Part shown: piece by piece, positions 17,665 to 28,481 of the stretch
How positions within the stretch are numbered: position 1 is the stretch's first letter
How the letters are laid out: the number at the start of each line of letters is the position of its first letter
DNA from: Methanothrix sp.
GTDB taxonomy: Archaea; Halobacteriota; Methanosarcinia; Methanotrichales; Methanotrichaceae
NCBI GenBank assembly: GCA_037128175.1
Contig: JBAXWY010000008.1
Location: 26,660-90,659, forward strand
DNA: 64,000 nt
Direction of reading: 5' to 3'
The notes under the pieces: model-generated
The model's input: only the letters and a program-made list of their open reading frames with translations
The model's database searches: none
What the model was told of the DNA's origin: nothing
Position numbers and translations under genes: made by a program

Positions 17665-18510
17665 TTAATCCATCAGCAAGGTGTAAGCCGTCTCCCTTTT
17701 GAAGTTCTTCGTGTGCTCATTCTTGTTGATGATGCCGCCCAGGCCGTCTCTCTCTGATATGGTGATGGTGTGGGTCTTGTCTCCTCCGATTGTTAAGCTG
17801 GCGATTCCGTCCAGAGACCCATCGCTGTTATCGTTACAGTAAAAGACGCCGTCCACAAAGACATCGTAGCCTTTGGTTCTCTGGGATTTTATGGTAATAA
17901 AAGCGTCACCCATTAATATGGAATTCACGTCCAATGGCGAGAACGACGGCTCACTTTGCCTGGGCAGGACATCCAGAATAAGGGCATTGCCCAGCTCGCT
18001 TCCCTGGGCCAGCAGCATGAAGAGCCTGCCGCTCTCTTCCGGCCTCAGTTTGAGACGATAGTAGCCTTCCAGGAATTTGAAATTCCAGTGCTTGATGGTG
18101 CTATTGGCATAGGATACGAGATAGATATCGCCATTGCCGTCCTGGGGGGTATGGACGACCAGGTCGACATCTTCGCCGGCCGTGACCTGGCTAAACCGGC
18201 TCCAGACTGCACCCTTTCGGATCCACAGCTCTCCGGAAAGTGGCGCGCATGCGGCATTGGAAACGTAATCCGAGTAGTTTAATTGCCGCTCGCCAAGGTT
18301 GATGGACTGGGGCTCATTGCCGCTCAGGTTGAAGTATATGGGATCGGAGAGAGTTGAGGCTCGATTTTCCTGGGGCTCCTCGGTGGCTTTTGTCCAGGGC
18401 TCCTCGCTCCAGCTCGCACTTCCCTCGGGCATTGCAGAGATCGACAGTGCCAATAGCATAAAAATTGTTGAGGCGAAAGCTGTGCCCCAAAAATAGTGGC
18501 GAAGACGCAT
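17665..18510 (-). CDS. Secreted hypothetical protein
   Basis: 281-aa ORF with a signal peptide; starts immediately after the argS stop. Confidence 0.7.
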   Translation of the reverse strand: MRLRHYFWGTAFASTIFMLLALSISAMPEGSASWSEEPWTKATEEPQENRASTLSDPIYFNLSGNEPQSINLGERQLNYSDYVSNAACAPLSGELWIRKGAVWSRFSQVTAGEDVDLVVHTPQDGNGDIYLVSYANSTIKHWNFKFLEGYYRLKLRPEESGRLFMLLAQGSELGNALILDVLPRQSEPSFSPLDVNSILMGDAFITIKSQRTKGYDVFVDGVFYCNDNSDGSLDGIASLTIGGDKTHTITISERDGLGGIINKNEHTKNFKRETAYTLLMD

Positions 18511-20208
18511 TTACATCGTCTCTAATGCGTCAATGCCCAGGGTCTCCAGGGTCGTTCGCAACGCATTTTTGGCAGCTCTTGCCAGGGCCATTCTTGCCTG
18601 CCTCAGCTTCGGCTCGGCATCCAGCACCGGGCTGAAGCGGTAGAAGTGGTTGAAGCTCTCCGCCAGCTCGCGGGCATAAGTGGCCAGTTGATGAGGCTTG
18701 AGCTCACGGGCGGCTTTGTCGATGACCAGATCAAACTCTGCGATCTTCTTGATGAGGGCGATCTCGTTTTCGCCAGTGAGCAGATCGGCCTGGACCGGCG
18801 AGGTCTGGCCCACCTGCCCTTCTTCTCCCTTGCGCAGAATGCTGCAGGCCCGGGCATGTGAGTACTGGATGAAGGGGGCAGAGAGCTTCTCAAAGTCCAG
18901 GGCCTGCTTCCAGTCAAAAGTGGTGGCCTTGTCCGGAGAGACCTTGACCACGTCGTAGCGCACCGCACCTGCCGCCACCTGGGCCGCCACCTGTTTGAGG
19001 AAGGCATCGCTCTCTTCCGGCCGGCGCACCTTAACTTCCTCATAAGCCTGTTTTTCCACCTCATCGAGCAGCTCATCGGCGGAGATGAACTTGCCTTTCC
19101 TGGTGCTCATGGAGCCCGTGGGAAGGGAGACGAACTCAAAAATGACCACCTCAGGTTCGCGAATGCCCAAAAGGCGCAAGGCGGTGCGCAGTTGTCCAGA
19201 GACCAGCTTGTGGTCGGCCCCCAGGATATCCACGGAGCGGTCCGAGTTTTGGGACTTGTAGCGGTGGTAGGCCAGGTCGCGGGTGATGTAAAGCGAGGTT
19301 CCATTCGTCCTCTTGAGGACCATCTTCTTTTCAAAGCCGTACTTTGTTAGGTCGAGCTGAAAAGCGCCCTCCTCGTATTCTGTGAGCCCTGTCTTCTCGA
19401 GCAAGCCCACAATCTCGGCCACATCGCCTTTTCGCACAAACTCCGACTCCCAGTGGTAGCTGTCGTGGCGAATGTTCATGCGGTGCAGGGTGTCTTCGAT
19501 GCCTCCAATGGCGTACTTGATGGCGCTGTGGATCTTGGCAACGGTCTCATCGTCGCCCGCCTCGTAGCGCTGGATAACCTGATCTGCCTCGTCTCGGATC
19601 TCTGGATTGGTTTCCATGAGACGGTTGGCGGCGATGTAGACCTTGGCTATGGCATGGTCGGCCTTGCTGCCATCCAGCTGGAAGTGATCGCAGCCGACGA
19701 CCACCATTGCCTCCTGGCGGCCCATATCGTTGACGTAATACTGGGCATCCACGGTGCAGCCCGCCCGGCGCATGATGCGCACCAGGGTATCGCCGATCAC
19801 TGAATTGCGGATGTGGCCCACGTGCAGCGGCCCATCGGGATTGGCGGAGGTGTGCTCCACAATGACCAACTCCCTCATGCGGCCCGTCCAGGCGTTGTCG
19901 GCCAGGGCCTGGCTCAGGACCGTGTCCAGGAACTTTTGGTTCATGAAGAAGTTGAGATAGGGGCCGGAAAGTTCCACCCGATCGACGTAACTGTAATTCT
20001 GGGTGATGGCCTGGTGGATCTCTTTGGCAATGGCCATCGGGCTTTTTTTCAGCAACGGGGCCAGCCGGAAGGCTACGGACGAGGCCAAATCAGCGTGAGG
20101 GCTCATATCCATGCCCAGATTGTTTACTCCTTCCTCTACCTTGTAGCCGCAGCGATCTAGGGCATCGCGAAGAAGGCCCTCGACCTCGCTCATAAAATCA
20201 AGAAACAT
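18511..20208 (-). CDS. argS: Arginine--tRNA ligase
   Basis: EHTSANPDGPLHVGH (HIGH motif), YYVNDMGRQ, SMSTRKG and IQYSHAR motifs. Confidence 0.97.
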   Translation of the reverse strand: MFLDFMSEVEGLLRDALDRCGYKVEEGVNNLGMDMSPHADLASSVAFRLAPLLKKSPMAIAKEIHQAITQNYSYVDRVELSGPYLNFFMNQKFLDTVLSQALADNAWTGRMRELVIVEHTSANPDGPLHVGHIRNSVIGDTLVRIMRRAGCTVDAQYYVNDMGRQEAMVVVGCDHFQLDGSKADHAIAKVYIAANRLMETNPEIRDEADQVIQRYEAGDDETVAKIHSAIKYAIGGIEDTLHRMNIRHDSYHWESEFVRKGDVAEIVGLLEKTGLTEYEEGAFQLDLTKYGFEKKMVLKRTNGTSLYITRDLAYHRYKSQNSDRSVDILGADHKLVSGQLRTALRLLGIREPEVVIFEFVSLPTGSMSTRKGKFISADELLDEVEKQAYEEVKVRRPEESDAFLKQVAAQVAAGAVRYDVVKVSPDKATTFDWKQALDFEKLSAPFIQYSHARACSILRKGEEGQVGQTSPVQADLLTGENEIALIKKIAEFDLVIDKAARELKPHQLATYARELAESFNHFYRFSPVLDAEPKLRQARMALARAAKNALRTTLETLGIDALETM

Positions 20209-20337
20209 GGGAACACCAATTATGAATAGTATCTTCATCCATCAATTAGATGGGGCGATATAAGCATTACGTCATGTACTGCCTTTTTGGGAAAGTATAA
20301 GATGTCCGGTGACTTACAATAGTGGTGAGGATTTACC

Positions 20338-21564
20338 ATGAAACTCTTTGCAGCTATTCTAATGCTGTTGTTATGCGCCCCAGCCCTTGCCCTCTCTGAT
20401 GAGGCGAGCGCAGTTGAGGCCACCACAGCCATTACCCTGCCTGTAGACTCCGTCACCATCTATCCGGACGGCCTGATGGCAGTGAAACGAACAGGAAGCC
20501 TGGATGTGACCGAGGGCGTGCACAAGTTCGTGATCAATGTTCCTGAAAAAGCCGAGCAAAGCTCAGTGCTCCTTTCCGTCAGCAACGCGACCCAGGAGCG
20601 GGTGGTCTACGATGCCAATCCCGTTTACACTCTGAACATCTCCGCGCCTGGATCGCAGAGCTTTGACCTCTCCTATCTCATGTACAATGCCGCCGCCTGG
20701 AAGCCGGTGTACGACCTGCACCTTCTTCGCGACTCTGTACTGGTGAGGGCCAATGCCGTGCTCAGCAACCAGGGTGGAGAGGATCTCAAGAACGTGCGGC
20801 TCAAGCTGGTAGCAGGTCTGCCTCTGGCCGTGGAGCCTTTCTTTGCCAAAGCCGCGCCCCAGATAAATCAGAGATATGCGGAAGCGCGTCCCATGGCCGA
20901 GCCAGTGGCAGAAGCTATAACCGCATCTGCTTCTGGCGAGCTGGAGACGCTCTACATCTTCGAACTGGAAGGGCGAAAAGACCTGGTTATGGACAAGGAG
21001 ATCGGCTTTCCCCTTTTCGAGGAAGAGTCGCCTCTGGTGAGAATCTACACCTGGGATGCCTCCAATCAAGCAGATGGCCCTGCCAAGGAGGAGATTCGGG
21101 CCAACAACACCCTGACCAATCCCTGGCCAACGGGAAAAGCTCTGCTTTACAGAAATGACGAGTACGTATCCACCATCGAGATGCCCTACACGCCCGCCGG
21201 CACCAATGCCTCCCTTGTGGTGGGTTCATCAGCCGATCTGAAGGTGGAACGCAAGCTCCTGGACTACAATATAACCGAGAATATCAGGGAGATAGGAACA
21301 GGTGCAAGAAATCACACTGTAAAAGAGACCACGAAGACCTGGACCTACTATCTGAAGATCAAGAGCAACCTGGACCGCGTAGCAGCGCTGGAGGTAACCG
21401 ACACCGTCCCCCAGGAGGCAGTGATCCTCTCCGTCACGCCCAAGCCTGCCGAGAGCACAGCCACCAGCCTGAAATGGAAGCTGCAGCTCGCGCCGAGGCA
21501 GAAAGCGGCCATCAATTACACCTACCAGGTGATCACGACGGAGAGCCTGGACAGTGCATATTAA
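20338..21564 (+). CDS. Secreted DUF4140/DUF4139-domain protein
   Basis: Signal peptide; SVTIY.DG...V.R, LSYL...W.P.YDL and N..GED.KNV.L.LV.G motifs. Confidence 0.8.
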   Translation: MKLFAAILMLLLCAPALALSDEASAVEATTAITLPVDSVTIYPDGLMAVKRTGSLDVTEGVHKFVINVPEKAEQSSVLLSVSNATQERVVYDANPVYTLNISAPGSQSFDLSYLMYNAAAWKPVYDLHLLRDSVLVRANAVLSNQGGEDLKNVRLKLVAGLPLAVEPFFAKAAPQINQRYAEARPMAEPVAEAITASASGELETLYIFELEGRKDLVMDKEIGFPLFEEESPLVRIYTWDASNQADGPAKEEIRANNTLTNPWPTGKALLYRNDEYVSTIEMPYTPAGTNASLVVGSSADLKVERKLLDYNITENIREIGTGARNHTVKETTKTWTYYLKIKSNLDRVAALEVTDTVPQEAVILSVTPKPAESTATSLKWKLQLAPRQKAAINYTYQVITTESLDSAY

Positions 21565-21774
21565 TTTCAAAATCTTTTCTTTTTTGTGTCCATTCCCCGG
21601 ATAGCTTCGGACTGATTCTTTCATATCCCGGGCCCAGGCTTTTGTTCCCAGGTACCTGCGTCTTTTCCGTCAACCCTCATGCAGCAAATCGCGAATCACA
21701 TAAATAGGATGATGGATGAGTTCAATTCTATCTTCGATAATCAGCGGATTGTTACCACGGGGGCAGAAACGGAA

Positions 21775-22065
21775 ATGCAACTTACAGGGATAATAAAAAA
21801 ATCTGGAGACTATTATGTGGCTTTATGCATTGAGATCAATGTATCCAGCCAGGGAGAGAGCATAGAAGAGGCGAGGAAAATGCTGCAAGAAGCTTGTGAT
21901 GAGTATCTCTCCTATATGAAAGATGAAGGGCTGGAAGATGAAATAAAATCCGTTCCTATGGACATTCTACGCGAATTTCTCATGGATGACGTCGAGTGCG
22001 TAAGGCCGTCTTCGAGCTGGGTTTATTCAGAAAGTATAACCTTTGAGGTTTGTGCCAGTGTCTAA
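21775..22065 (+). CDS. hicB: HicB family antitoxin
   Basis: YVALC.E..VSSQGESIEEA.KML.EA motif. Confidence 0.85.
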   Translation: MQLTGIIKKSGDYYVALCIEINVSSQGESIEEARKMLQEACDEYLSYMKDEGLEDEIKSVPMDILREFLMDDVECVRPSSSWVYSESITFEVCASV

Positions 22066-22294
22066 GAAAATCCCACCCATGTCGAGCCAGAAACTTGTCA
22101 AGCTTCTCAATCAAGGCAATGCCAGATTCGTCAGGCAGAGCGGAACCAGCCATGCCATCTTTGAGCGAGAGAGTGACGGAAGAATGTACAGAGCACCTGT
22201 GGTAATGGCCAAGAACGATCTCTCTTCTAAATATGTAAGGCTCGTTTTGCGTCAGTTGGGCTTTAAAGATGCAGAAGTAGATGCGCTTATTTGA
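22058..22294 (+). CDS. hicA: HicA family toxin
   Basis: LVKLL..G..FVRQSGTSH motif; overlaps the hicB stop. Confidence 0.8.
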   Translation: MSKKIPPMSSQKLVKLLNQGNARFVRQSGTSHAIFERESDGRMYRAPVVMAKNDLSSKYVRLVLRQLGFKDAEVDALI

Positions 22295-22400
22295 AATAAA
22301 AAAAATAAAATATTACTTTAATAATTGTTGTAGTTATCTACTTCTTTTAGCTCAAAATATTGCTACTTTAGTTCGCGCAAAAAAAAATGATAGGCATCGC

Positions 22401-22874
22401 CTAATCCACCTGCACCCTCTGTGCGTTTACGACCACGAGCTTGGGAAGGTGCACCTCTAATATGCCGTCCTTGAAGCTGGCTTTTACCTGTTCCTGCTTG
22501 ACCTCAATGGGCAGCTTGATCTCTCGCTTGCGGCCCATTGTGCCCATCTCCCGGCGCAGATATTTTCCCTCCCTGGGAGTTGCCTTGGCTTCGACGTAGA
22601 GGCTGTCCTCCGTCACCCGCAGATCGATCTTCTCTTTGCTGGCACCCGGCAGAGCCACCAGGACGATCAGCTCATCTTCCGTCTCGATGAGGTCAATGGG
22701 GGCAAGATCACTGCTCTTGGCCTCGCCAATCTCGTTGATCTCGCTGCTCACATCTCCCAGAATCTTCTTGGCCGCCTGGCTGGCCTGGCTGGACATCCTG
22801 GCAGCCTCGACGGCCGCCCTGCCGATCACACGTTCCAGATCGCTGATCCCTGATGAATCTGATTTCATGCTCAA
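22401..22874 (-). CDS. Small heat-shock protein (Hsp20/alpha-crystallin)
   Basis: PIDLIET...LPG..KE.I and ASFKDGILEVHLPK motifs. Confidence 0.92.
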   Translation of the reverse strand: MSMKSDSSGISDLERVIGRAAVEAARMSSQASQAAKKILGDVSSEINEIGEAKSSDLAPIDLIETEDELIVLVALPGASKEKIDLRVTEDSLYVEAKATPREGKYLRREMGTMGRKREIKLPIEVKQEQVKASFKDGILEVHLPKLVVVNAQRVQVD

Positions 22875-22890
22875 AATAATGTCATTGCCA

Positions 22891-24192
22891 TCATAAAACC
22901 TTTTGCTTTATCTTCGGCTTTCCCAAAAAGCGGCCATAGCCCGGAGAAACCTGGAAATCTCCATCGTAGACTACATTGCCCCTAACTATTGTCATTTGAG
23001 GAAAGATGGCGTCTTTTCCCTGGAAGGGCGTCCACTCCGCCCGGCTGTGCAGCCGATCGGCATTTATTTGCGAGATTGACTTGGGATCGACAATCAAGAG
23101 ATCTGCGTCCTTGCCCGTCTCGATGGAGCCCTTGCCGGCAAGGCCAAAGATGCGAGCCGGCCTAAAAGCCATTGCATCCACCAGCCTCTCCAGGCTGATC
23201 AGGTTTCTTTTCACAGCAAAGAGCATCAGAGGCAACATGGTCTCTACGCCCGGCACACCAGCCGGCGCCTCCCAGATGTCCTCTTCTTTCTCCTCGGGCA
23301 GGTGCGGCGCATGATCTGAGGCCAGAATATCGATCGTGCCGGAGCGCAGGCCCTGCCAGAGAGCGTCGTTGTCCGCCTGGCTTCTCAGGGGCGGATTCAT
23401 CTTCAGGTAAGAGCCCTGTTTTTTGTAGTCCTTGGTGTTGAGCAAGAGATGGTGGGGTGTCACCTCGCTTGTCACCTTTCTTCCGCTCTTCCTGGCCTTT
23501 CTGACCCTTTCCAGCCCCTGAGCCGAGCTGAGGTGGCAAATGTGCAGACGATTCGTCCAGGCCAGGGCCTTCTCGATAGACTCCGCCTCGGCTGCTGCTG
23601 GGCGCGCCTGCGAGTAAACCTCGGGATCATGCCGGCCCAAGAGTGGCGCGGTCTTTTCTTTTATGATCAATCCGTCCTCGGCATGAAGGCTGGCCAACAT
23701 TCCTGCCTGCTCCACTTTGCTCAGGATTTTCTGAAGCGTTTCATCGCTGTGCTCATAGGAAAAAATCTCGCCTATAGATGCCGCCCCGGCTGCCGCCAGC
23801 TCATCGATATTTCCTGGCCCCCCATTAAGGCAAAAGTCCACCAGGGAGCGATGGCGGGCAATATCCAGCTTCTCTGCAAAGGAACGGGCGTCGAGTGTGC
23901 GGGGAATTGTGTTGGGCTGGTCGATTACCGTGGTCACGCCCCCCGCGGCAGCCGCCGCCGAGCCGCTGGCCCAGTCCTCTTTATAATTGGGTCCCGGATC
24001 GCGGAAGTGCACATGAGCATCGACTGCACCGGGCAGAACCAGCATGCCTTTCGCGTCGATTCTCTCCTCGGCCCGGTGCGCTCCGCCAAGAGTTGCTATC
24101 TGTCCATCTTTGATCCAGATGTCTATGCTCATTTGCCCTTTAACCGTGAAAACCCGGCCGTTTTTTACCACCAAATCAAAGTTTATATCCAA
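22891..24192 (-). CDS. pyrC: Dihydroorotase
   Basis: DAHVHFRDPG, DQPNT, KMNPPLR and ASDHAPH motifs. Confidence 0.92.
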   Translation of the reverse strand: MDINFDLVVKNGRVFTVKGQMSIDIWIKDGQIATLGGAHRAEERIDAKGMLVLPGAVDAHVHFRDPGPNYKEDWASGSAAAAAGGVTTVIDQPNTIPRTLDARSFAEKLDIARHRSLVDFCLNGGPGNIDELAAAGAASIGEIFSYEHSDETLQKILSKVEQAGMLASLHAEDGLIIKEKTAPLLGRHDPEVYSQARPAAAEAESIEKALAWTNRLHICHLSSAQGLERVRKARKSGRKVTSEVTPHHLLLNTKDYKKQGSYLKMNPPLRSQADNDALWQGLRSGTIDILASDHAPHLPEEKEEDIWEAPAGVPGVETMLPLMLFAVKRNLISLERLVDAMAFRPARIFGLAGKGSIETGKDADLLIVDPKSISQINADRLHSRAEWTPFQGKDAIFPQMTIVRGNVVYDGDFQVSPGYGRFLGKPKIKQKVL

Positions 24193-24658
24193 ACCTCCGC
24201 AGCAACTTGCGCCTCTCCTCTACCTGGGGCTGTGTCTCCGCGCCACGGGGGGAAAAGCCATCGATGACGCCCATAATTCCCCGACCTTGCTCCGTCTCGG
24301 CCACGACCACCTGCAAGGGATTGGCTGTGGCGCAGAAGATGCCGCAAACCTCCTGCACTGCCTTGACGGCGTTCAAAACGTTGATAGGAAAAGCCCCTTT
24401 CATCAGCACCACAAAGGTATGGCCGCAGGCCAGGGCCAGAGAATTCTGTCTGGCTGCCTCGATGAGGCTTTCGTCATTGCCCTCTGTACGCACCAGGCAG
24501 TCGCCGCTGGCCTCGGAGAAAGCGATCGCGAACTTCGCGGCAGGGATGGTGCCCGCCATGACCTCATAGATATCTTCAGCCGTTTTGATAAAGTGGCTCT
24601 GCCCTAAAATCAGATTCGCTCCCTCAGGAATTTTTATATCTACAGTCTTTAGCTCCAT
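24176..24658 (-). CDS. Adenosine-specific kinase family protein (DUF355)
   Basis: GQSHFIKT.ED, FSEASG, FCATANP and GVIDG motifs. Confidence 0.9.
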   Translation of the reverse strand: MELKTVDIKIPEGANLILGQSHFIKTAEDIYEVMAGTIPAAKFAIAFSEASGDCLVRTEGNDESLIEAARQNSLALACGHTFVVLMKGAFPINVLNAVKAVQEVCGIFCATANPLQVVVAETEQGRGIMGVIDGFSPRGAETQPQVEERRKLLRRFGYKL

Positions 24659-24818
24659 TCATCCATTCCTCGAAGGTGACTAATGTCCTGTGCAGACTTA
24701 TACTTTAGGGAGATGAGAATTTTTAAGATGCAGGTTGAGGGGCAGGATCTAAAAGCATTTTAAAAAATGAGTGAAATGGGGTGCAGCTACGGCCCGTCTC
24801 GCTTGATATAAATGCGCC

Positions 24819-25103
24819 TCATTTATTGCGTAGTCCCTTCTTCGGCCCCACGGATTGCTTTGCCAACTGCTTGCTCTTCTTGGTCATAATTGATGATGTG
24901 ATATAGTACACTACTATGAACAAGATGGCAGAATATATCGCCATGCTGATCGATTCTACGATGTTTAAATTCAGCAAAAAGTAGGAATATGGGATGTATA
25001 CCAACAAAACCATAATACCGGCAATGACGGCCTGTTGCATCAGCGTATACTGCCGAAAGCGCAAAATAAGATCTGCATATTTCAAATTTGGAAAATTCAC
25101 CAC
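24819..25103 (-). CDS. Small two-transmembrane protein
   Basis: 94 aa with two hydrophobic segments and a basic tail; overlaps the upstream gene stop. Confidence 0.7.
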   Translation of the reverse strand: MVNFPNLKYADLILRFRQYTLMQQAVIAGIMVLLVYIPYSYFLLNLNIVESISMAIYSAILFIVVYYITSSIMTKKSKQLAKQSVGPKKGLRNK

Positions 25104-25996
25104 GGATCCTTCACCTCATCGACTTTTAGCATCCCTTTTCTGTTCATATAAAGCCTTGTCCACCAGAGATTGGATAGTGGCGCCAAAACCAGTAGATTCA
25201 CTATGCCAGTGATTGCGGAGATGGATTCCCCTCCTGCCCCTCCGCCCGTAGAAAATGCGCCGCCCATCATCTGCAGGCCCAAAGATAAAGCAGCTACTAC
25301 CAGCCAGAGAATTACCACATCAAACTTGTTATACCGGAAAAAATTTAGGGATGCCAAAACGGCCTGCATGGGCCCTAGATCCTGCACTACCAGGGCATAA
25401 GGCATCGTTGCCAGGATCACCGACAGGACCAGGACATAAAGGATGAACAGGAGCAGGCCTACGGCCAGGAGGCCCATCGCCTGCGAATCCGCTTGCAAAG
25501 ATGTCGCTCCACCAGCCAGGGCCGGCAGAAGAAAGATCAGGCCAACCAGTGTCAGGAGACCCATCAGCAGGGTTGCCAGGAACATATTAAAGAAATACTT
25601 CTTTCCGGCAGACCACATGGCGCCCGTATTTGATTTTCCTTCCTCCAGGGCCTGCCTGGCCATGCCGATGGCCCCGGCCGTGAAGAATGCATTTACCAGA
25701 GACAAGAGCACGACCAGCAACAGGAAGATTACTGCGATCTGCAGGATCTTGTCCATGGCAAGGCCACCCAAAGATCCTTGCATCTGAGCCATCAGCTCTT
25801 GCATATCCTCAACATTTTGCAGCAACAATGTCGCATTCATGCTCTCCATGGGCAGAGCGGTAATAAAGAAGGCTGCCAGGAAGGGCACTAAGATCAGCAT
25901 GGAGACAAAGATGCTGAGCAGGAAGGGAATACATAGGTTTAAGTTGCTCCGCCAGACGCTAAAACCCTTGCCGATCATCTCACCAATTTCTTCCAT
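25097..25996 (-). CDS. Multi-pass membrane protein of unknown function
   Basis: About six transmembrane segments; in an operon with the PUA-domain gene. Confidence 0.75.
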   Translation of the reverse strand: MEEIGEMIGKGFSVWRSNLNLCIPFLLSIFVSMLILVPFLAAFFITALPMESMNATLLLQNVEDMQELMAQMQGSLGGLAMDKILQIAVIFLLLVVLLSLVNAFFTAGAIGMARQALEEGKSNTGAMWSAGKKYFFNMFLATLLMGLLTLVGLIFLLPALAGGATSLQADSQAMGLLAVGLLLFILYVLVLSVILATMPYALVVQDLGPMQAVLASLNFFRYNKFDVVILWLVVAALSLGLQMMGGAFSTGGGAGGESISAITGIVNLLVLAPLSNLWWTRLYMNRKGMLKVDEVKDPW

Positions 25997-25999
25997 TCT

Positions 26000-26482
26000 T
26001 CATTCCACCAGCTCATTCCAGATCGCATCGCCCACGTGGTGCAGCGACTTGACCGCCTTTCCTTCACCCTTCATATCCGTTCCCGCTACCAGGGCCCGGC
26101 CTATGGCCAGAGGCTTTTGATGCCTCTCCTCTACGATTACCACCAGGTCGCCTACAGCTATCTGTGGATCGGCAGAGACTATGCCAGGCTTCATGATGTC
26201 TGCCCCATTCACCACAAAACGTACCGCGCCCGCATCTACTACTACCAGTCTCTTCTTCGGCATAAGTTCAATGGCTCCGAGCACGGTGAAGAAGGGCTGC
26301 TCTTCCACAATCATCATCAAAGGCCGACCATCTACGAAGATGAGATCTACCCCCTCGTCGCTTATCGCCATCTCTAGCGATGATTGGTGCAGGCGAGATG
26401 GGTCGTCCAGTAAGGGCTCTATCTTAGCGATTACCTTCCGAGCGTCGCTCCCCTTGAGGTGATGCCTGGATTTTATCTTCAT
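26000..26482 (-). CDS. PUA-domain RNA-binding protein (DUF1947, MCT-1/Tma20-like)
   Basis: VVVDAGAVRFVVNGADIMKPGI and GKAVKSLHHVGD motifs. Confidence 0.92.
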   Translation of the reverse strand: MKIKSRHHLKGSDARKVIAKIEPLLDDPSRLHQSSLEMAISDEGVDLIFVDGRPLMMIVEEQPFFTVLGAIELMPKKRLVVVDAGAVRFVVNGADIMKPGIVSADPQIAVGDLVVIVEERHQKPLAIGRALVAGTDMKGEGKAVKSLHHVGDAIWNELVE

Positions 26483-26573
26483 GCACAACAGAATATCCCG
26501 ATAGGTTTAAATATGCAACGAGCACGTTTGGATTTTGAAGCCTTTTGCGGTTATCAATGCTGGAGAGAGGTTA

Positions 26574-26792
26574 ATGGGTCAGAGACCGCTTGATATTCTG
26601 AATGAATCACTGAATGGGCCTGTCATAGTTAAGCTAAAGGACGGAAGGGTCTTTCGGGGAGAGCTACAGGGTTATGATATACACATGAACCTAGTGCTCG
26701 AAAAAACTGAAGAAGTGGCAGAAGGGGCGGTCGCACGCAAGATTGGAACTGTGATCGTGCGAGGAGATAACGTAGTATATATTTCACCTTGA
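26574..26792 (+). CDS. Sm-like (Lsm/SmAP1) protein
   Basis: [18 protein letters not shown] and [11 protein letters not shown] motifs; lies upstream of rpl37e. Confidence 0.95.
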   Translation: MGQRPLDILNESLNGPVIVKLKDGRVFRGELQGYDIHMNLVLEKTEEVAEGAVARKIGTVIVRGDNVVYISP

Positions 26793-26802
26793 GGTGTTCT
26801 AG

Positions 26803-26979
26803 ATGACAAAAGGTACTCCTTCTATGGGCAAGCGCCACAAGAGTTCGCATATCCGATGCAGACGCTGTGGCAGCATATCGTTCAACTTCAAGAGAAAAGT
26901 ATGTGTTCACTGCGGCTTTGGTAATTCAGCCAAGCTGCGAATGGGAAGTCACAAGTGGATGAGAAAGGCTGATTACTAG
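26803..26979 (+). CDS. rpl37e: 50S ribosomal protein L37e
   Basis: Manual translation [40 protein letters not shown]... (58 aa, below the ORF-track cutoff); GAGGTG RBS. Confidence 0.96.
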   Translation: MTKGTPSMGKRHKSSHIRCRRCGSISFNFKRKVCVHCGFGNSAKLRMGSHKWMRKADY

Positions 26980-26989
26980 GGGTTTAAAG

Positions 26990-28396
<1,407 letters not shown>

Positions 28397-28481
28397 ATCA
28401 GACCGGGCTTAAGGGATCCGCTAAAAAAATCTTTTTAAACCATTAGCTGAAATAAAAAAAATAAAAAATAAAGCAGTTTCT

